In this document: in pieces, positions 19,914 to 31,357 of the stretch
How positions within the stretch are numbered: the stretch's first letter is position 1
Layout of the letters: each line of letters begins with the position of its first letter
Virus record (IMG/VR): IMGVR_UViG_3300017914_002346
Length of the DNA stretch: 64,000 nucleotides
Origin: a virus
Taxonomy: Duplodnaviria > Caudoviricetes
Reading direction: 5' to 3' (one strand)
Position numbers and translations under genes: made by a program
The notes under the pieces: model-generated
The model's input: the letters and a program-made list of their open reading frames with translations, nothing else
Databases searched by the model: none
Told to the model about the DNA's origin: nothing

Positions 19914-20680
19914 TAGCCATAGTATCCGGAATCGAACCCTCTTTGTGAAAAACGTAAATGTGCTTCTGTAATTGCATCACTAACGTTTCTTGCTTTAATA
20001 TCTAAATTTGAATTAGTACCTGCTTCTGTTTGCACAAAATTATCATAAAGAGATTTCTGTTTAGCTGCTGTCATATCAGTGTCAGCAGTTCCGGCTTTAT
20101 ACTTAGCAATAGATGTTTTAAAATCAAATTGAATGTTATCAGCTTTACTCTGATAAACTACTTTGTAATTGTTGTTACTCTTATCATATTGTAAAATTGA
20201 ACCCGCGTGTAGAACAACATCACCTTCAGCGAGATCAATATTATCAGAAACAATATTTGGATATGTAGACTTCCAGGAAGTATAACCATTAGCTCTTAAA
20301 GTCGTTTTCAATACCGCTATATTCTCATCACTAATCATAGTAAGAGGGAGTTCTGAATAATTTAACACACCTAGGAAAGGTCCAAAAAATTCTAATCTAT
20401 TAAGCTCTTGATCTAGAATTTCACTTGTTCTATATTCTGCTTCAATAAAGTTGTTTATTTTAATAAAGGCTGTACGTAATGGATCACCATCATTAGAGTT
20501 AGGTGAAGTACCTACATCTACAACAGTTGATTCAGTAGTAATTCTATTAGCACTTGTATATTGTATAATACCAGTATCAGAATCAATAACGTTAGGAATA
20601 AGAGTAGGTTCAGAGGCTGAACGACCTTTTGGAAATAAGTGGTGATCTAATCTTCTATTTGTTGATGCGTATCTAGCCAT
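19913..20680 (-). CDS. Structural protein with gp9/gp10-like N-terminal motif
   Basis: DVGTSPNSNDGDPLRTAFIKINN. Confidence 0.6.
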   Translation of the reverse strand: MARYASTNRRLDHHLFPKGRSASEPTLIPNVIDSDTGIIQYTSANRITTESTVVDVGTSPNSNDGDPLRTAFIKINNFIEAEYRTSEILDQELNRLEFFGPFLGVLNYSELPLTMISDENIAVLKTTLRANGYTSWKSTYPNIVSDNIDLAEGDVVLHAGSILQYDKSNNNYKVVYQSKADNIQFDFKTSIAKYKAGTADTDMTAAKQKSLYDNFVQTEAGTNSNLDIKARNVSDAITEAHLRFSQRGFDSGYYG

Positions 20681-20858
20681 TTCTCTCTACTAACTTTTCT
20701 AACAAATTTTCTATTCTATTTATTTTAGCTTCCATAACGTCTAAACGCTTAGCATCTTGCTTTCTTTTCTTCGCAGCTTCATAAACTTTCCAGTTTGTAT
20801 TTAGAATAGCGTTTGTATTTTCATTCTTTATTAAATCGCTTTGACCTTTAATTTTCAT
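20673..20858 (-). CDS. Small hypothetical protein (coiled-coil C-terminus)
   Basis: Coupled ORF in the structural operon. Confidence 0.6.
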   Translation of the reverse strand: MKIKGQSDLIKNENTNAILNTNWKVYEAAKKRKQDAKRLDVMEAKINRIENLLEKLVERNG

Positions 20859-20860
20859 TA

Positions 20861-23800
20861 TTAAATATCCGCTATAATTCTAAGATCTTTTATTCTAGGT
20901 ATTTGTGCTTCGTTCTTACATATCATTCTAATTCTAATCTTAAACGATGTGAATTCAAAAGGAACTTCTTGTTCAGCTTTAAACTGTTTATAATCAGTAT
21001 CAGAACTGAAAGGACCATGACTACCTTCTGTAATAAACTGTGTAGCTCTAAAGTCAGTCCAATCAATTTGATCAAAAGGTGTGGTATCGCCTCTTTGTCT
21101 AGCTTTATAAGCAAATTCTAATTTAGAATCTGGTTCCATATCTGCGTCAAAGATAATATTAAATCCATCAGCAGGTATTTCAAGATCAATTTGTTTAGTT
21201 ACATAAGCAGAAAATTCTGTTTCTGATTGCTGAGCAGCAATATAAGAAGCATATTCTTGTAATGTTGCATCTGCATCTCCGCTTGAAATAGAAGTGGTAG
21301 TTAATCCAGTACTAATCTCAGAATCATTTAACAGAGTACCTGTAATGTTTCTAAAGACTACTGGATATAAGTTATCATCAACGTTAAAGACAGGAGACGA
21401 ATATTTACTTCCACTTTCTAATTCAATCTTCATAGTCAAATCTGCAGTAGTAGCATTTAACTGATTTCTAATTATGTAAGGATTTTCTAACTCAATATAT
21501 TCATTCATATCAATTTCAACAGGATCGTTAGTTGAAACATTAGCTGCAGCACCATTTTTAATTTTATTCGAATCAATTTCTAAATTAAGCGAGTTAGTTT
21601 CAGTACCTGTAAAAGTAATACTTGCTGCATCACCTTCAGCTTTTGACATTAAAATGTTAGTAATAAGACTATCATAAACTATAGGTTGAGTAGCAAAAGT
21701 ATCAAACACTGGTACAGGGGGTTTACCTGAACTTGTAGCTTTAGTAGTAGTTTTAATAAAGTAACTATCTAATGTAGCAAACAAAACATCATGTGTACCG
21801 TTTAGTTCTGAATCAGGAATACCGTTAAAGTTGTTTGGTGTACCAAATTTATCAAACCCTTTCAAAGTAACCTGTGCATTGTTAAAATGCATTCCATGAT
21901 TAGGATGAGTTACTTTTACATAGTTAGAATATTCATAAGTTTCAATTGCTAACCCTCTAGTAAACGCTCCAATATCTGCATTAAAGTTTTTCAAATTAGA
22001 TATTGTATTCTTTAATGTAATACTAGATGTAGGTGGTCTTTGATCATTGTTAATATCAAAGTTAGCTTGATTTAACCTAAACATCATATCAGTGTTTTGC
22101 TCTGGAGACCATGTACTTTGATTTTGTGAAACAAAAAACGATCCAAAGTAACCACCTACATTAGGTTGCGCGTCGTGAGTACCTGTACCGTCTAATTTTT
22201 GTTTGCCAAGATCTGCAACGAAGACTTCTGTAGCATCGGAAGGTGATTTCAATACAATACAATACTCTTCATTAGGTTCTCTAATTTCTACAGGTCTTTT
22301 AAATCTAAACCTTGTATAGTTAGTGGAAGAAGGGGTAGTTACTTGCATCGACTTATCTACTTTTACTCTTCCTGTAGTTCCTATTCTCTGCTTTGGACCC
22401 CCTGGATATCCATTAATCATTTTTCTAATTTCAACAATGATATTATCCATAACAGGTCTATCATCTACAAAACTCAACCACAAATCACATGATGTAATAA
22501 TAGCTTCTGGTTGTGTAGGAAATTCTTCACCAGCTAAAATTTGTTCTGCTGTAACTTTTCCTACTACGGGTAGTTTAAATGCTTGTGCTATAGGATCCCC
22601 ATTATCATCATTATCATCTTCAATTGGTGGAGGAGGAGGTAAAGTTCTTCTACCTCTTACTTGAACACCTAGGTTTTGAGTATCAACTCTTTTATTATCA
22701 ACTGAAGTTGTAACATCAAAGAAATCTCTATGTCCAATAGAATTAAAAGTAGCAGCAGCGTTTGAATCTCTACCATCTACAGGCTCATCTTTTATCTGTA
22801 CAGTCTCTTTACCAGCTTTGAAAGTTTGATAAGGTATATTAAATGTACCTGAAATCTTACCATCACTATTAGAAACTAAACCAGTTTTTATAGGTACACC
22901 ACCTATATCAATCTTGTGTGAGGTGTTAGGTCTTAGACCCTCTGCTTCAAATTTAATACCACCTGCTGGGTTTCTCATCCAGTGATCTTTAATGTTTTGA
23001 ATAATTTGAGTACCTCTCAAAGTCTCAGAAGGTTTAGTTCCTGCTATTGCTCTTGGTTTACCAAAAGTGGTAGTAGTAACTCTTCTTCTTGCTTGAGATG
23101 TAGTAATAGTTCTACCTCTTCTTGAAGTTCTTTGAGACCCAAACCATTGTAATCTAGAAGTTGAACTACCACCAGGCGAAGCAGTTGTAACCTTTAAGAA
23201 CTGACTAAACTGATCAGAGTCTCCACTAAACGGTCTTATTCTACCATTAAAATTAGTGAAGTAGTTATTTACTCTATCTCTCCAATGATTTTCTGAAGGT
23301 GTAAGAGTTAAAGAACCTACAAAGATCCAAGTTGCAAAAGGATTAATTTTATGACTACCAGTAGCGTTTAATTGCTCTACCATAGTCTCTTCATTGTACT
23401 TTTTAATTACAATATTTTTAGCTAAGTAATAAGGATCAAGACTATCAGTACTATCAACAGCCATTTCAATTTGTTCACCATCTGTTTGACCTGGAATAAG
23501 ATGATTTTCAATTACATCAATAGATGCGTTATACTCTTCATGTAAAGAGTCTGCTGAGCTATTAGGATTATTTTCAGCAAGAGCAAAATCATCAGTAACG
23601 AATCCTGATTTTGATCTACTTCCTAAATCATCATGTAATGCTTGTGATTCCAGTAATGATAGAGCAACTGATTCTTCTAGACGATTAATTCTAGATTCAA
23701 TTTCACCGATATCTCTCATAGTATAACGTTTGTTATCTACTGTTTCAATGTCTATTTCTTTTTCTGGATATCTAACTGCTGGTGGAATCGTTAGATAGTA

Positions 23801-26548
23801 AAGTGGCATTGCATTAGTAGCTGTAGTTGGTTTCTGAGGATTATCGACTACAGCTTGACCTTTCTTAATTACAAAACCACCGTCTTTAGAAATAGAAATA
23901 CACATTACATATTGTAGATATTCTTCTAAGTCAGCTGTAAAGTAAGTATTAGGTTTAATCTTTGGTTGCTTGTAATAATTTCTTTCAGAGAAGATAAACG
24001 GTGATTTAGTAATATCAGTTACTATATCTTCTACTCTAAATCTAAAGTCAATTGAGTTTCTTAAATCGCGACCTGAATCATCAACCTTGGGAATAATTTC
24101 CTTTGGTTCAGAGTAATATCTTACATCTTCATCATAAAAAGGTAGCTTACTATAACTATCTGCGCTATAGTAAAAATTATTAACTGGCGATGCTTCAAAA
24201 TAAGAATAGAAAATAACTAGATCACCAGATGGTGCTGGTTTGTTTTCATTCTTTAGAGTAAGTCTACCAATATCATAAAATTCACTTCTTTGACCATTAT
24301 CAAAAACGTAATTAGCAATATAGTCTTTACCTTTAGCTGCTGTATTACTAACATGAGTGATAGGACTGTTATAAGCAGCAACACCTGCTGGTGAAATAAC
24401 ACTTAAAGTTTCACCAGTAGTAAAGCTTGTATTTTTTCTATAAATTACTTCTAAAGTAGTTGTAGAACCTGTACCTGTTAAAAAACTATGGTAACCTGAA
24501 GTAGAAGCAATATCACCTGCTCCTGTTGTAGTAGAGTTTTGTAATGTAACAATAGCTTCTGTACCTGAAGATAAACCTCTAACTATAGCACCCTGAGGTA
24601 CTAAGCCCGTTGTATTAATCTCAATTCTAGCAAATTGACCATTAGCAAAAGTACTATCTGAAGATAAATTAATACCATACACTTCATGAACATCTGGGTA
24701 GGCTAAAGATATAAGTTTATCTTGAGCTGACCAACCAAAGTTAACACCAGTTCTTGCAGATGACCCTGTGTTTTTTACTTTAATGTATTTGAACTTTAAA
24801 CGCTTTTCAATTTCTTCTTGATCATCAACTCTTGATTCGTTATAGTAACCATTAGCATCACCAGAAGAGATACCAGTATCATCTAAGATAGTAAAATCAT
24901 TATCAAATACTGTTGCAGTTCCTCTAAAAGTTTTAATATGTCTTGATAAGGTATTAATAAGTTCAGGGTTTGGATTAGTAAATGAATCCGGATCTACAGT
25001 AGCAGAAAAACCTCCTGCTCCAGTTATAGTACTAACATCATTAACACTAAACACTTGAGCTGTAGAAATAGTAGATGAAGTTGACTGTACAGTTGATTTT
25101 ATAGTCTGATTAATTCTAAATTTACCTGACCAGTTTATTAATGTAATAGCATTACCAGTTATACCTGCTTGTCCATCTGCATTATATACGTAACCTGTAT
25201 TTCTATTTGTAAATGCATCATTACCATCAGACCAGCTTAAAGAAGTAGCCGTAGTAATAACTTGAAACATTTTTACGTCATAGATAAACAATCTACCATT
25301 AGTATAGCTATACCCTCTAGCTACGCCAATAGTTTCAGCATCTGAATCTTTAAGTAACAATCTATTAGCATAAGTAAACGGATCACTACCTGTCTGACCT
25401 GGAAGAGTACCTGTAGGTGTACCTGACACTTCATAACTTGAAATATTATTAAACGGTACTTGAAAGTTTTTAGTTCTTTTAGTATCACCATCTTTTGTGA
25501 CTGTTAATTTAGTAGTACCAGTTTTATCTACTTCATAACCATATACATATGCTTTGGAAGGACCCAGTTTAGCTACAAAGGTATCTGAATCACCGTCTTC
25601 TAAAGATAATGAGAATGGTTTAAGAAAATAATTTCCTGATTCATCATAGGTTCTTCTTGCAAGCGTTTTTCCTAAATCAGCATATTGAGGGTTAGTAGTT
25701 TTATTTTCAACTTCATTACCATCTTCTACTTCAGTTAAGAAATAAAAGTTTTCTGGTGTAGTAGCGCCTTTTGCTACAACAACAAAAGTTAAACTTTGAG
25801 TTAATCTATGCGCGCCAGGGGCGCCTTCGTTTGAGGAACCTCTAGCGTTGTCAAACAAAGTAGCATCAGTGTTTTGAGTAGCAATACTTTGTTCTGCTTT
25901 GAGACCTATTTTTGCTGACGGTGTATGACTATTGTTATCAATAATAACTGTTTGTTTATCTACTCTACTAAAAATACCGTTTACAAAATATACACCTTCT
26001 TCAACTTCAGCTATTGTAACTGGATTTACTGCATTAAATGTCTGAACTAATTCTGTAGTAATAAGATTAGAGTTATCAGCTAATGTAGCATAAATGTAAT
26101 CACCTGTAGCAGCAAACTTCTTTTGAGTAAGATAGTAAAAATATAAATTGCCTACATTATTTGTACCTGTAGTACCTGTAGGTTGTTTAATTACTTTAGC
26201 TCTTACACTTCCATCAGCATTAGTAATAATTAAGTTTTCTAAGTTACCTATTGTAGATAAGATAGATGCAGTTCTTGCACCTGATAAAGGAAATGATGTA
26301 TTACCAGAACCTGTTAAAAACAGTCTATAGATCTCATTATTGATAGTAGTAGAACCACCAGTTACTTTAGAACCTTCTTTAAATACATGCTCTCCAAATC
26401 TATTGATTTGAGTTTGCAAAAAGCTTTGTAATGTAGTTAATTCTCTTGCTTGTACAGGAAAGCCTGGACGAAATAAAACTCGGAGATAATCTTTTTCCGG
26501 GTCATAATCATCAAAGTAAGGAGATACGTTTAAGTTAATTTCTGCCAT
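20861..26548 (-). CDS. Large virion structural protein (VrlC/DUF4815-like)
   Basis: NLNVSPYFDD..VLFRPGFPVQARELT, APGAHR, LARRTYDESG, NKRYTMRDIG, DPIAQAF motifs. Confidence 0.85.
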   Translation of the reverse strand: MAEINLNVSPYFDDYDPEKDYLRVLFRPGFPVQARELTTLQSFLQTQINRFGEHVFKEGSKVTGGSTTINNEIYRLFLTGSGNTSFPLSGARTASILSTIGNLENLIITNADGSVRAKVIKQPTGTTGTNNVGNLYFYYLTQKKFAATGDYIYATLADNSNLITTELVQTFNAVNPVTIAEVEEGVYFVNGIFSRVDKQTVIIDNNSHTPSAKIGLKAEQSIATQNTDATLFDNARGSSNEGAPGAHRLTQSLTFVVVAKGATTPENFYFLTEVEDGNEVENKTTNPQYADLGKTLARRTYDESGNYFLKPFSLSLEDGDSDTFVAKLGPSKAYVYGYEVDKTGTTKLTVTKDGDTKRTKNFQVPFNNISSYEVSGTPTGTLPGQTGSDPFTYANRLLLKDSDAETIGVARGYSYTNGRLFIYDVKMFQVITTATSLSWSDGNDAFTNRNTGYVYNADGQAGITGNAITLINWSGKFRINQTIKSTVQSTSSTISTAQVFSVNDVSTITGAGGFSATVDPDSFTNPNPELINTLSRHIKTFRGTATVFDNDFTILDDTGISSGDANGYYNESRVDDQEEIEKRLKFKYIKVKNTGSSARTGVNFGWSAQDKLISLAYPDVHEVYGINLSSDSTFANGQFARIEINTTGLVPQGAIVRGLSSGTEAIVTLQNSTTTGAGDIASTSGYHSFLTGTGSTTTLEVIYRKNTSFTTGETLSVISPAGVAAYNSPITHVSNTAAKGKDYIANYVFDNGQRSEFYDIGRLTLKNENKPAPSGDLVIFYSYFEASPVNNFYYSADSYSKLPFYDEDVRYYSEPKEIIPKVDDSGRDLRNSIDFRFRVEDIVTDITKSPFIFSERNYYKQPKIKPNTYFTADLEEYLQYVMCISISKDGGFVIKKGQAVVDNPQKPTTATNAMPLYYLTIPPAVRYPEKEIDIETVDNKRYTMRDIGEIESRINRLEESVALSLLESQALHDDLGSRSKSGFVTDDFALAENNPNSSADSLHEEYNASIDVIENHLIPGQTDGEQIEMAVDSTDSLDPYYLAKNIVIKKYNEETMVEQLNATGSHKINPFATWIFVGSLTLTPSENHWRDRVNNYFTNFNGRIRPFSGDSDQFSQFLKVTTASPGGSSTSRLQWFGSQRTSRRGRTITTSQARRRVTTTTFGKPRAIAGTKPSETLRGTQIIQNIKDHWMRNPAGGIKFEAEGLRPNTSHKIDIGGVPIKTGLVSNSDGKISGTFNIPYQTFKAGKETVQIKDEPVDGRDSNAAATFNSIGHRDFFDVTTSVDNKRVDTQNLGVQVRGRRTLPPPPPIEDDNDDNGDPIAQAFKLPVVGKVTAEQILAGEEFPTQPEAIITSCDLWLSFVDDRPVMDNIIVEIRKMINGYPGGPKQRIGTTGRVKVDKSMQVTTPSSTNYTRFRFKRPVEIREPNEEYCIVLKSPSDATEVFVADLGKQKLDGTGTHDAQPNVGGYFGSFFVSQNQSTWSPEQNTDMMFRLNQANFDINNDQRPPTSSITLKNTISNLKNFNADIGAFTRGLAIETYEYSNYVKVTHPNHGMHFNNAQVTLKGFDKFGTPNNFNGIPDSELNGTHDVLFATLDSYFIKTTTKATSSGKPPVPVFDTFATQPIVYDSLITNILMSKAEGDAASITFTGTETNSLNLEIDSNKIKNGAAANVSTNDPVEIDMNEYIELENPYIIRNQLNATTADLTMKIELESGSKYSSPVFNVDDNLYPVVFRNITGTLLNDSEISTGLTTTSISSGDADATLQEYASYIAAQQSETEFSAYVTKQIDLEIPADGFNIIFDADMEPDSKLEFAYKARQRGDTTPFDQIDWTDFRATQFITEGSHGPFSSDTDYKQFKAEQEVPFEFTSFKIRIRMICKNEAQIPRIKDLRIIADI

Positions 26549-26571
26549 AGTACACCATTTTAATTATTTAT

Positions 26572-27999
26572 TCAAAAACTTAATATGAAATTCATAGATT
26601 CAATCTGATCTTGAGATCTTATAAGAGGTGTTGTTTTCCAATCAGATACAATTATATTACCTGAGTTGAAAACTACCTCTCTATCAAAAGTTTTATTAAT
26701 AGTATGAATTTTGTTAATTCCATCATTTAATGAGACTTGTTCACTATCTGTAAACTTATCATTTTCTTTATCATTAATATAGTTAATGTAATACACTCTA
26801 TCTAAGTCCACAGAAACAACTCTACCTCTTCTACCGTCATCAGTAGGGTATGGAATAATAATATCATTTACATTGAATGTTGAAGTGTTATCTGTTTTAA
26901 AACTTTTACAAGCTACATAAAAATCTTGCGTCGCGATTTTATTAGTATTTACATCAATAGGGTTTCTAATTAAATTACACATTTGATATTGATTTTGCGC
27001 TAACGGTAAAAAACTATCTTGAGGAATATTTCTTGCTACTAACATAATATTTTTAGCATTAAGATCTTCTGTACTGTTAGATCCATGTCCTAATCCGTCA
27101 GATATTCTTGCTGAAAGACCTGTAATCTTTCTACCATCTTCATCCACTACTTTTAATAAACCTTGATAACCTAACCCTTCACTTATTAAAGTAGGTACAA
27201 AAGAATTAATATCTGAATCAAATTTTATAGTAGCTTCAAAATGTTGTGTAATAAGATCGCTATCATTTCTTGAATCAGTAATTCTAACTTTAATTTCTCT
27301 TTTTAACTGCCAATCGCTATCTCTACTAGTTAATAAAGCATCACTATCAATAGTTACATTGTATATAGAACCCACTGAAGCATTTTGTTGTACAGCATAT
27401 TGTAAGTATCTGTTTGTACCTGCTACTAAAGTTTTAGCTTCTTCTGCAGATACTTTCTCTGGTACAGGTATATATTCTGAGTTTAAAAATCTTACTGCAT
27501 CTGAATTACTAATTGTATACAAATATTGCCATACATAATTATCACTAGAAGTAACAGGGGTTGCTGATGTACCTGTAGGAGGGTTTATTGAGGGTTTTCT
27601 TGGAGAAAATAGACATTTATAAACGTTTAATCTACCTACACCACTTACAAACTCTCTTAATAGTACGTACGAGTCGTTTGTAGAAGGCCATGCTTCGTAA
27701 GTTCTACCTTTTATCCAATCTACTCTTTTAACTGCTCTGCTAACACCACCTGGTAAAATTCTATGTAGTGTAGTTGTGTTTTGGTTATAAAAAGCTTGAT
27801 CATCTCTTCCATAGTCTGAATCAGCTCCACCAAAAAATTCTGATTCACTATCAAAACTACTTGAGTAATTGTAGTAATCACTATCATGAATAAAAGTAGC
27901 AGAAGCATAATATGTCTCATTATTAGTAGCTTCTTTGAGCTTACTATACATAGCTTCTGCTATAAGTAAATTAATATCACCTGTTACTTTAGCTGTCAC
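26572..27999 (-). CDS. gp8: Baseplate wedge subunit
   Basis: VYKCL..PTG..DNYVWQYLYTI..FL..YIPV; GHGS; R..DQIE C-terminus. Confidence 0.85.
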   Translation of the reverse strand: MTAKVTGDINLLIAEAMYSKLKEATNNETYYASATFIHDSDYYNYSSSFDSESEFFGGADSDYGRDDQAFYNQNTTTLHRILPGGVSRAVKRVDWIKGRTYEAWPSTNDSYVLLREFVSGVGRLNVYKCLFSPRKPSINPPTGTSATPVTSSDNYVWQYLYTISNSDAVRFLNSEYIPVPEKVSAEEAKTLVAGTNRYLQYAVQQNASVGSIYNVTIDSDALLTSRDSDWQLKREIKVRITDSRNDSDLITQHFEATIKFDSDINSFVPTLISEGLGYQGLLKVVDEDGRKITGLSARISDGLGHGSNSTEDLNAKNIMLVARNIPQDSFLPLAQNQYQMCNLIRNPIDVNTNKIATQDFYVACKSFKTDNTSTFNVNDIIIPYPTDDGRRGRVVSVDLDRVYYINYINDKENDKFTDSEQVSLNDGINKIHTINKTFDREVVFNSGNIIVSDWKTTPLIRSQDQIESMNFILSF

Positions 28000-30900
28000 G
28001 TTTTCTACCCTTCATAGAAGTAATAGGATCTCTCCATACTTCATAATCATCATTTGCGTTAGCACTATTCCAATCAAAAATAGTTCCGGCACTATTATTT
28101 AATAGAGCATCTTCACCTATTTGATAATGACGATTCCAAATAATATTATCTGAATCTAAATTATCCCATACAATAACTTTAAACGGAGTTTTGACTTTTT
28201 GATAGTCTGGAGTTCTTCTCTCTGCGTATGCAACTTTTAATTGTCTAGGTTTAATTTTAGCATTCTGAATGAAGGATGAATATCCGTTTATTTCCCAACC
28301 TTCACTATCTAATCTATATTGATTAATCTCATTCCAAATTCTTTCATAAGCTTCAATATCTTTATACTCTGTACCATCCTGATCTTTAAATGTTAAAGTA
28401 CCATCAAGTCTCATAGCTAGGTTAAGATCAGAAGCTTTCTTAAAACTCATTTCTCTTTTTCTATCTGTATTAAACCACTTAAATGTTCTGGTATCATTAG
28501 TTGATTTAAGCCTGCCATAGTCAATAGCTCTATAAACATTAGATTCACTGTCACTCCATCTTAAGTGAAAACCAACTGGTAAATCTGAATCATATACGTT
28601 GTACAATTCATTGATAGGATCAATGAATTTTGTAGAAGCTATTTGTACTGGGTCATAGCTTCTTCTAGTTCTAGATTCTTTCTTATAAAAATCTTGAACG
28701 GTGTTATTATATTTTTTAAAGTTATCTAATAGTTGTTTTACATAACCAGAACCATCAGAGTCTTGAGAAGTAACACTCTTGAGAAGTTCATCAGAATCAT
28801 AATTTAAAGTAGAATCGTAAGCTCCATCATAATCTACTTCTTCTTTTCTAACTAGACCAACAGGTTCAAAATCAAACCAGCTTGTACCGTATTCTGATAC
28901 AATTGCTTCATCGTAACCTCTTTCATAGTTACTAGCTCTTAAAGCATACATATTTTGATTTGTTTGCTGATAGAAAAGAAAACTGTTAGATTCATATCTT
29001 GTATTATCAGCAGTTACTCTATTTTCGAGATCAGGATCCGAATAATGGTCTAAAGCTGTATCAAAAGTGAATTTAGTATCTTGAACTTCTCTACTTGATT
29101 CAGCAGTAACATTAATATTCACAGGAGTAATCTGATTAAGATTTGTTTCACCTAATAAAATCATACCAGCAGGGTGGAGAGTTTTCTTAATTTTATCTCT
29201 CCAAAGACTAATTGAAAGATTACTTTGAATAATATAAGTGTAATTTGAATACAAATAATTATCTTGAATAACACCACCTGATAAAGAGTTTAGAAAACCG
29301 TCTTCATTGATAAAAGTCTTAGTACTTTCAGAGAAAGCTTTTAACTGTGCTTCAAATCTAGCTCTATTATGAGATGCAATAACCCCTGTCAAAGGTTTCT
29401 TATTTCTTACAGCTACCTTACCTGTAGCTACATTGTAACCCGCAACTCTTAATATTCTGTTCTTAGGTATATCAAATAATTCTAAATCACTATCAGTAGG
29501 AAAAAGAGTATTTTCGTATTGAGCTATAGAAATATTTTTCTTTGTTGAATCTATTCTGTTTACTAAGCCAAAATAACCAGTATTAGTCCATATTGCTATT
29601 TCACTATCTACTCCTAATCTAGGATCCGTAAAGTCATTTCTCCAATTAAATGTATAATCAGAATCATTGAATTTATAGTTATTAAGTAAGTTGTAATGAT
29701 AACTATCAAGTTTATTGATAAACTTGCTATAAATTCTTACTTTAAATCCTTGATCACTATCTTCTGTAACTTCATAATTTAATCTATTTGCTTTGGTTTT
29801 CCATGACGTAGTAGCTAAAGATAATCCTTGATCAGAATCAATTTTGTATTCAGAATCTATCCAGTTGAAATTTTCACTATCAAAATCTATAGGTAAAGTA
29901 ATAGTTCTAATTTTATATCTTAAATCATCACTATCATAATTTATTACCTTATTAGCTCTAATAGTGATATCGATTCTATCTGAGTCATTTAAGAATGAAT
30001 CATTTACTTGTCTTAGATATTGAATGCTTACTACTTGACCATTATCAAAATTAACAGGACTTTCTGTTACAATATTCATAGGTGCAGTTATAGAGATATC
30101 ACTCGCATTGTTAAAATAACCTCTATCAAAAATATTCAGCTTTGCGATTGTACCAATATTTGTAGAAACAGGAGAAAAGATAGCTCCCTGACCTGATACA
30201 GGTGCTTTACTGTAAGGTAAACCTTGATTAGAAGTAGAGCTAGCAGTAATTTTTAAATTAGGCAGCGCTCTATAACTACCACCATTAGTAATAGGGACAA
30301 TTACGTTTTCAAAATCATCTGCTAAAAAACCGTTGTTTAGTTTACCTGTTCTAACTTTAAAACCATCTACTTCTGTTATTCTACCATTACTGTCAACAGC
30401 TGATATTAAAGCTGTACCACCAGTACCATCACCTGGTGTAGCAGGAGAGAACTCAAATAAGTCGTTGACTTTATAGAACTCACCTCTATCTCTAAAGTGA
30501 ATACCTGTTACAGATCCTGGATTAACAGAATCAACAATAATATTAAAATTTTTATTAGCAGATATAGATTTTACTCTAATAACATCACCAGGAATATAAC
30601 CAGGTGCATTTTGTTTAGTTGTTATACCTGTTAAAGATAACATCGGTTTAACATCAATAAAAATTGTTGTATCGTTTTGATCTGTTATTCTGTATGTCTG
30701 TGATGAGTCAAACTCATACGTAAAGTTTAGCTGTACTTGAATGACCTGCTGCTTATCACTATCACCTGTTTTACCCAAAACTTGACCGCTTAAAGAAGTA
30801 GCTATATCTGAATCAGTAGAAAAATTATCATCAGAATGAGATATAGGTGCTAGAGTAAAATCTATATCATTAAGTTTAGAAGCATTGTTTACAACTCTAA

Positions 30901-31357
30901 AAGTTACTAACGGAAAAGCTAGATACTTTCCTTCTGAAGCTTCTATAATATTCTCTCTAGTTTCAAAAAGATCAATATCTTCATCATACAACATTCTAAA
31001 GAATAATTCAAAAGACTTGGGTGAACCTTTAGCAAGATATAAATCTCTTATCTTCTTAACTAAAAATCTATCTTTTACTTTAGAAGTTTCAATAGCAATA
31101 GGTAGTACTTCGTTTTTAAAATATTTAAAATATTTGTCTAAAGTACTGTCAATATCTTTATACTGAGCAGCATTGCTAATTATACCGCCAGGGTTATGAA
31201 GCTGTTTAAACAAATCTTTTACGTTTTTAGATTCACTATCGTTTCTTTTTTCAAGAAACTCATAATAAGCTTCAATAAACAGTTTAAATTTATCATCTGA
31301 CTCAGAGATAAATTCAGGTAAGTTATCGCTTATAAAAGGTTTAAGTACTTTATCCAT
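27989..31357 (-). CDS. gp7: Baseplate wedge initiator (gp7-like)
   Basis: LPEFI..FIEAYYEFLE, KGSPKSFELFFRMLY, IQDNYLYSNYTY, LHPAG; lies between gp6 and gp8. Confidence 0.75.
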   Translation of the reverse strand: MDKVLKPFISDNLPEFISESDDKFKLFIEAYYEFLEKRNDSESKNVKDLFKQLHNPGGIISNAAQYKDIDSTLDKYFKYFKNEVLPIAIETSKVKDRFLVKKIRDLYLAKGSPKSFELFFRMLYDEDIDLFETRENIIEASEGKYLAFPLVTFRVVNNASKLNDIDFTLAPISHSDDNFSTDSDIATSLSGQVLGKTGDSDKQQVIQVQLNFTYEFDSSQTYRITDQNDTTIFIDVKPMLSLTGITTKQNAPGYIPGDVIRVKSISANKNFNIIVDSVNPGSVTGIHFRDRGEFYKVNDLFEFSPATPGDGTGGTALISAVDSNGRITEVDGFKVRTGKLNNGFLADDFENVIVPITNGGSYRALPNLKITASSTSNQGLPYSKAPVSGQGAIFSPVSTNIGTIAKLNIFDRGYFNNASDISITAPMNIVTESPVNFDNGQVVSIQYLRQVNDSFLNDSDRIDITIRANKVINYDSDDLRYKIRTITLPIDFDSENFNWIDSEYKIDSDQGLSLATTSWKTKANRLNYEVTEDSDQGFKVRIYSKFINKLDSYHYNLLNNYKFNDSDYTFNWRNDFTDPRLGVDSEIAIWTNTGYFGLVNRIDSTKKNISIAQYENTLFPTDSDLELFDIPKNRILRVAGYNVATGKVAVRNKKPLTGVIASHNRARFEAQLKAFSESTKTFINEDGFLNSLSGGVIQDNYLYSNYTYIIQSNLSISLWRDKIKKTLHPAGMILLGETNLNQITPVNINVTAESSREVQDTKFTFDTALDHYSDPDLENRVTADNTRYESNSFLFYQQTNQNMYALRASNYERGYDEAIVSEYGTSWFDFEPVGLVRKEEVDYDGAYDSTLNYDSDELLKSVTSQDSDGSGYVKQLLDNFKKYNNTVQDFYKKESRTRRSYDPVQIASTKFIDPINELYNVYDSDLPVGFHLRWSDSESNVYRAIDYGRLKSTNDTRTFKWFNTDRKREMSFKKASDLNLAMRLDGTLTFKDQDGTEYKDIEAYERIWNEINQYRLDSEGWEINGYSSFIQNAKIKPRQLKVAYAERRTPDYQKVKTPFKVIVWDNLDSDNIIWNRHYQIGEDALLNNSAGTIFDWNSANANDDYEVWRDPITSMKGRKRDS

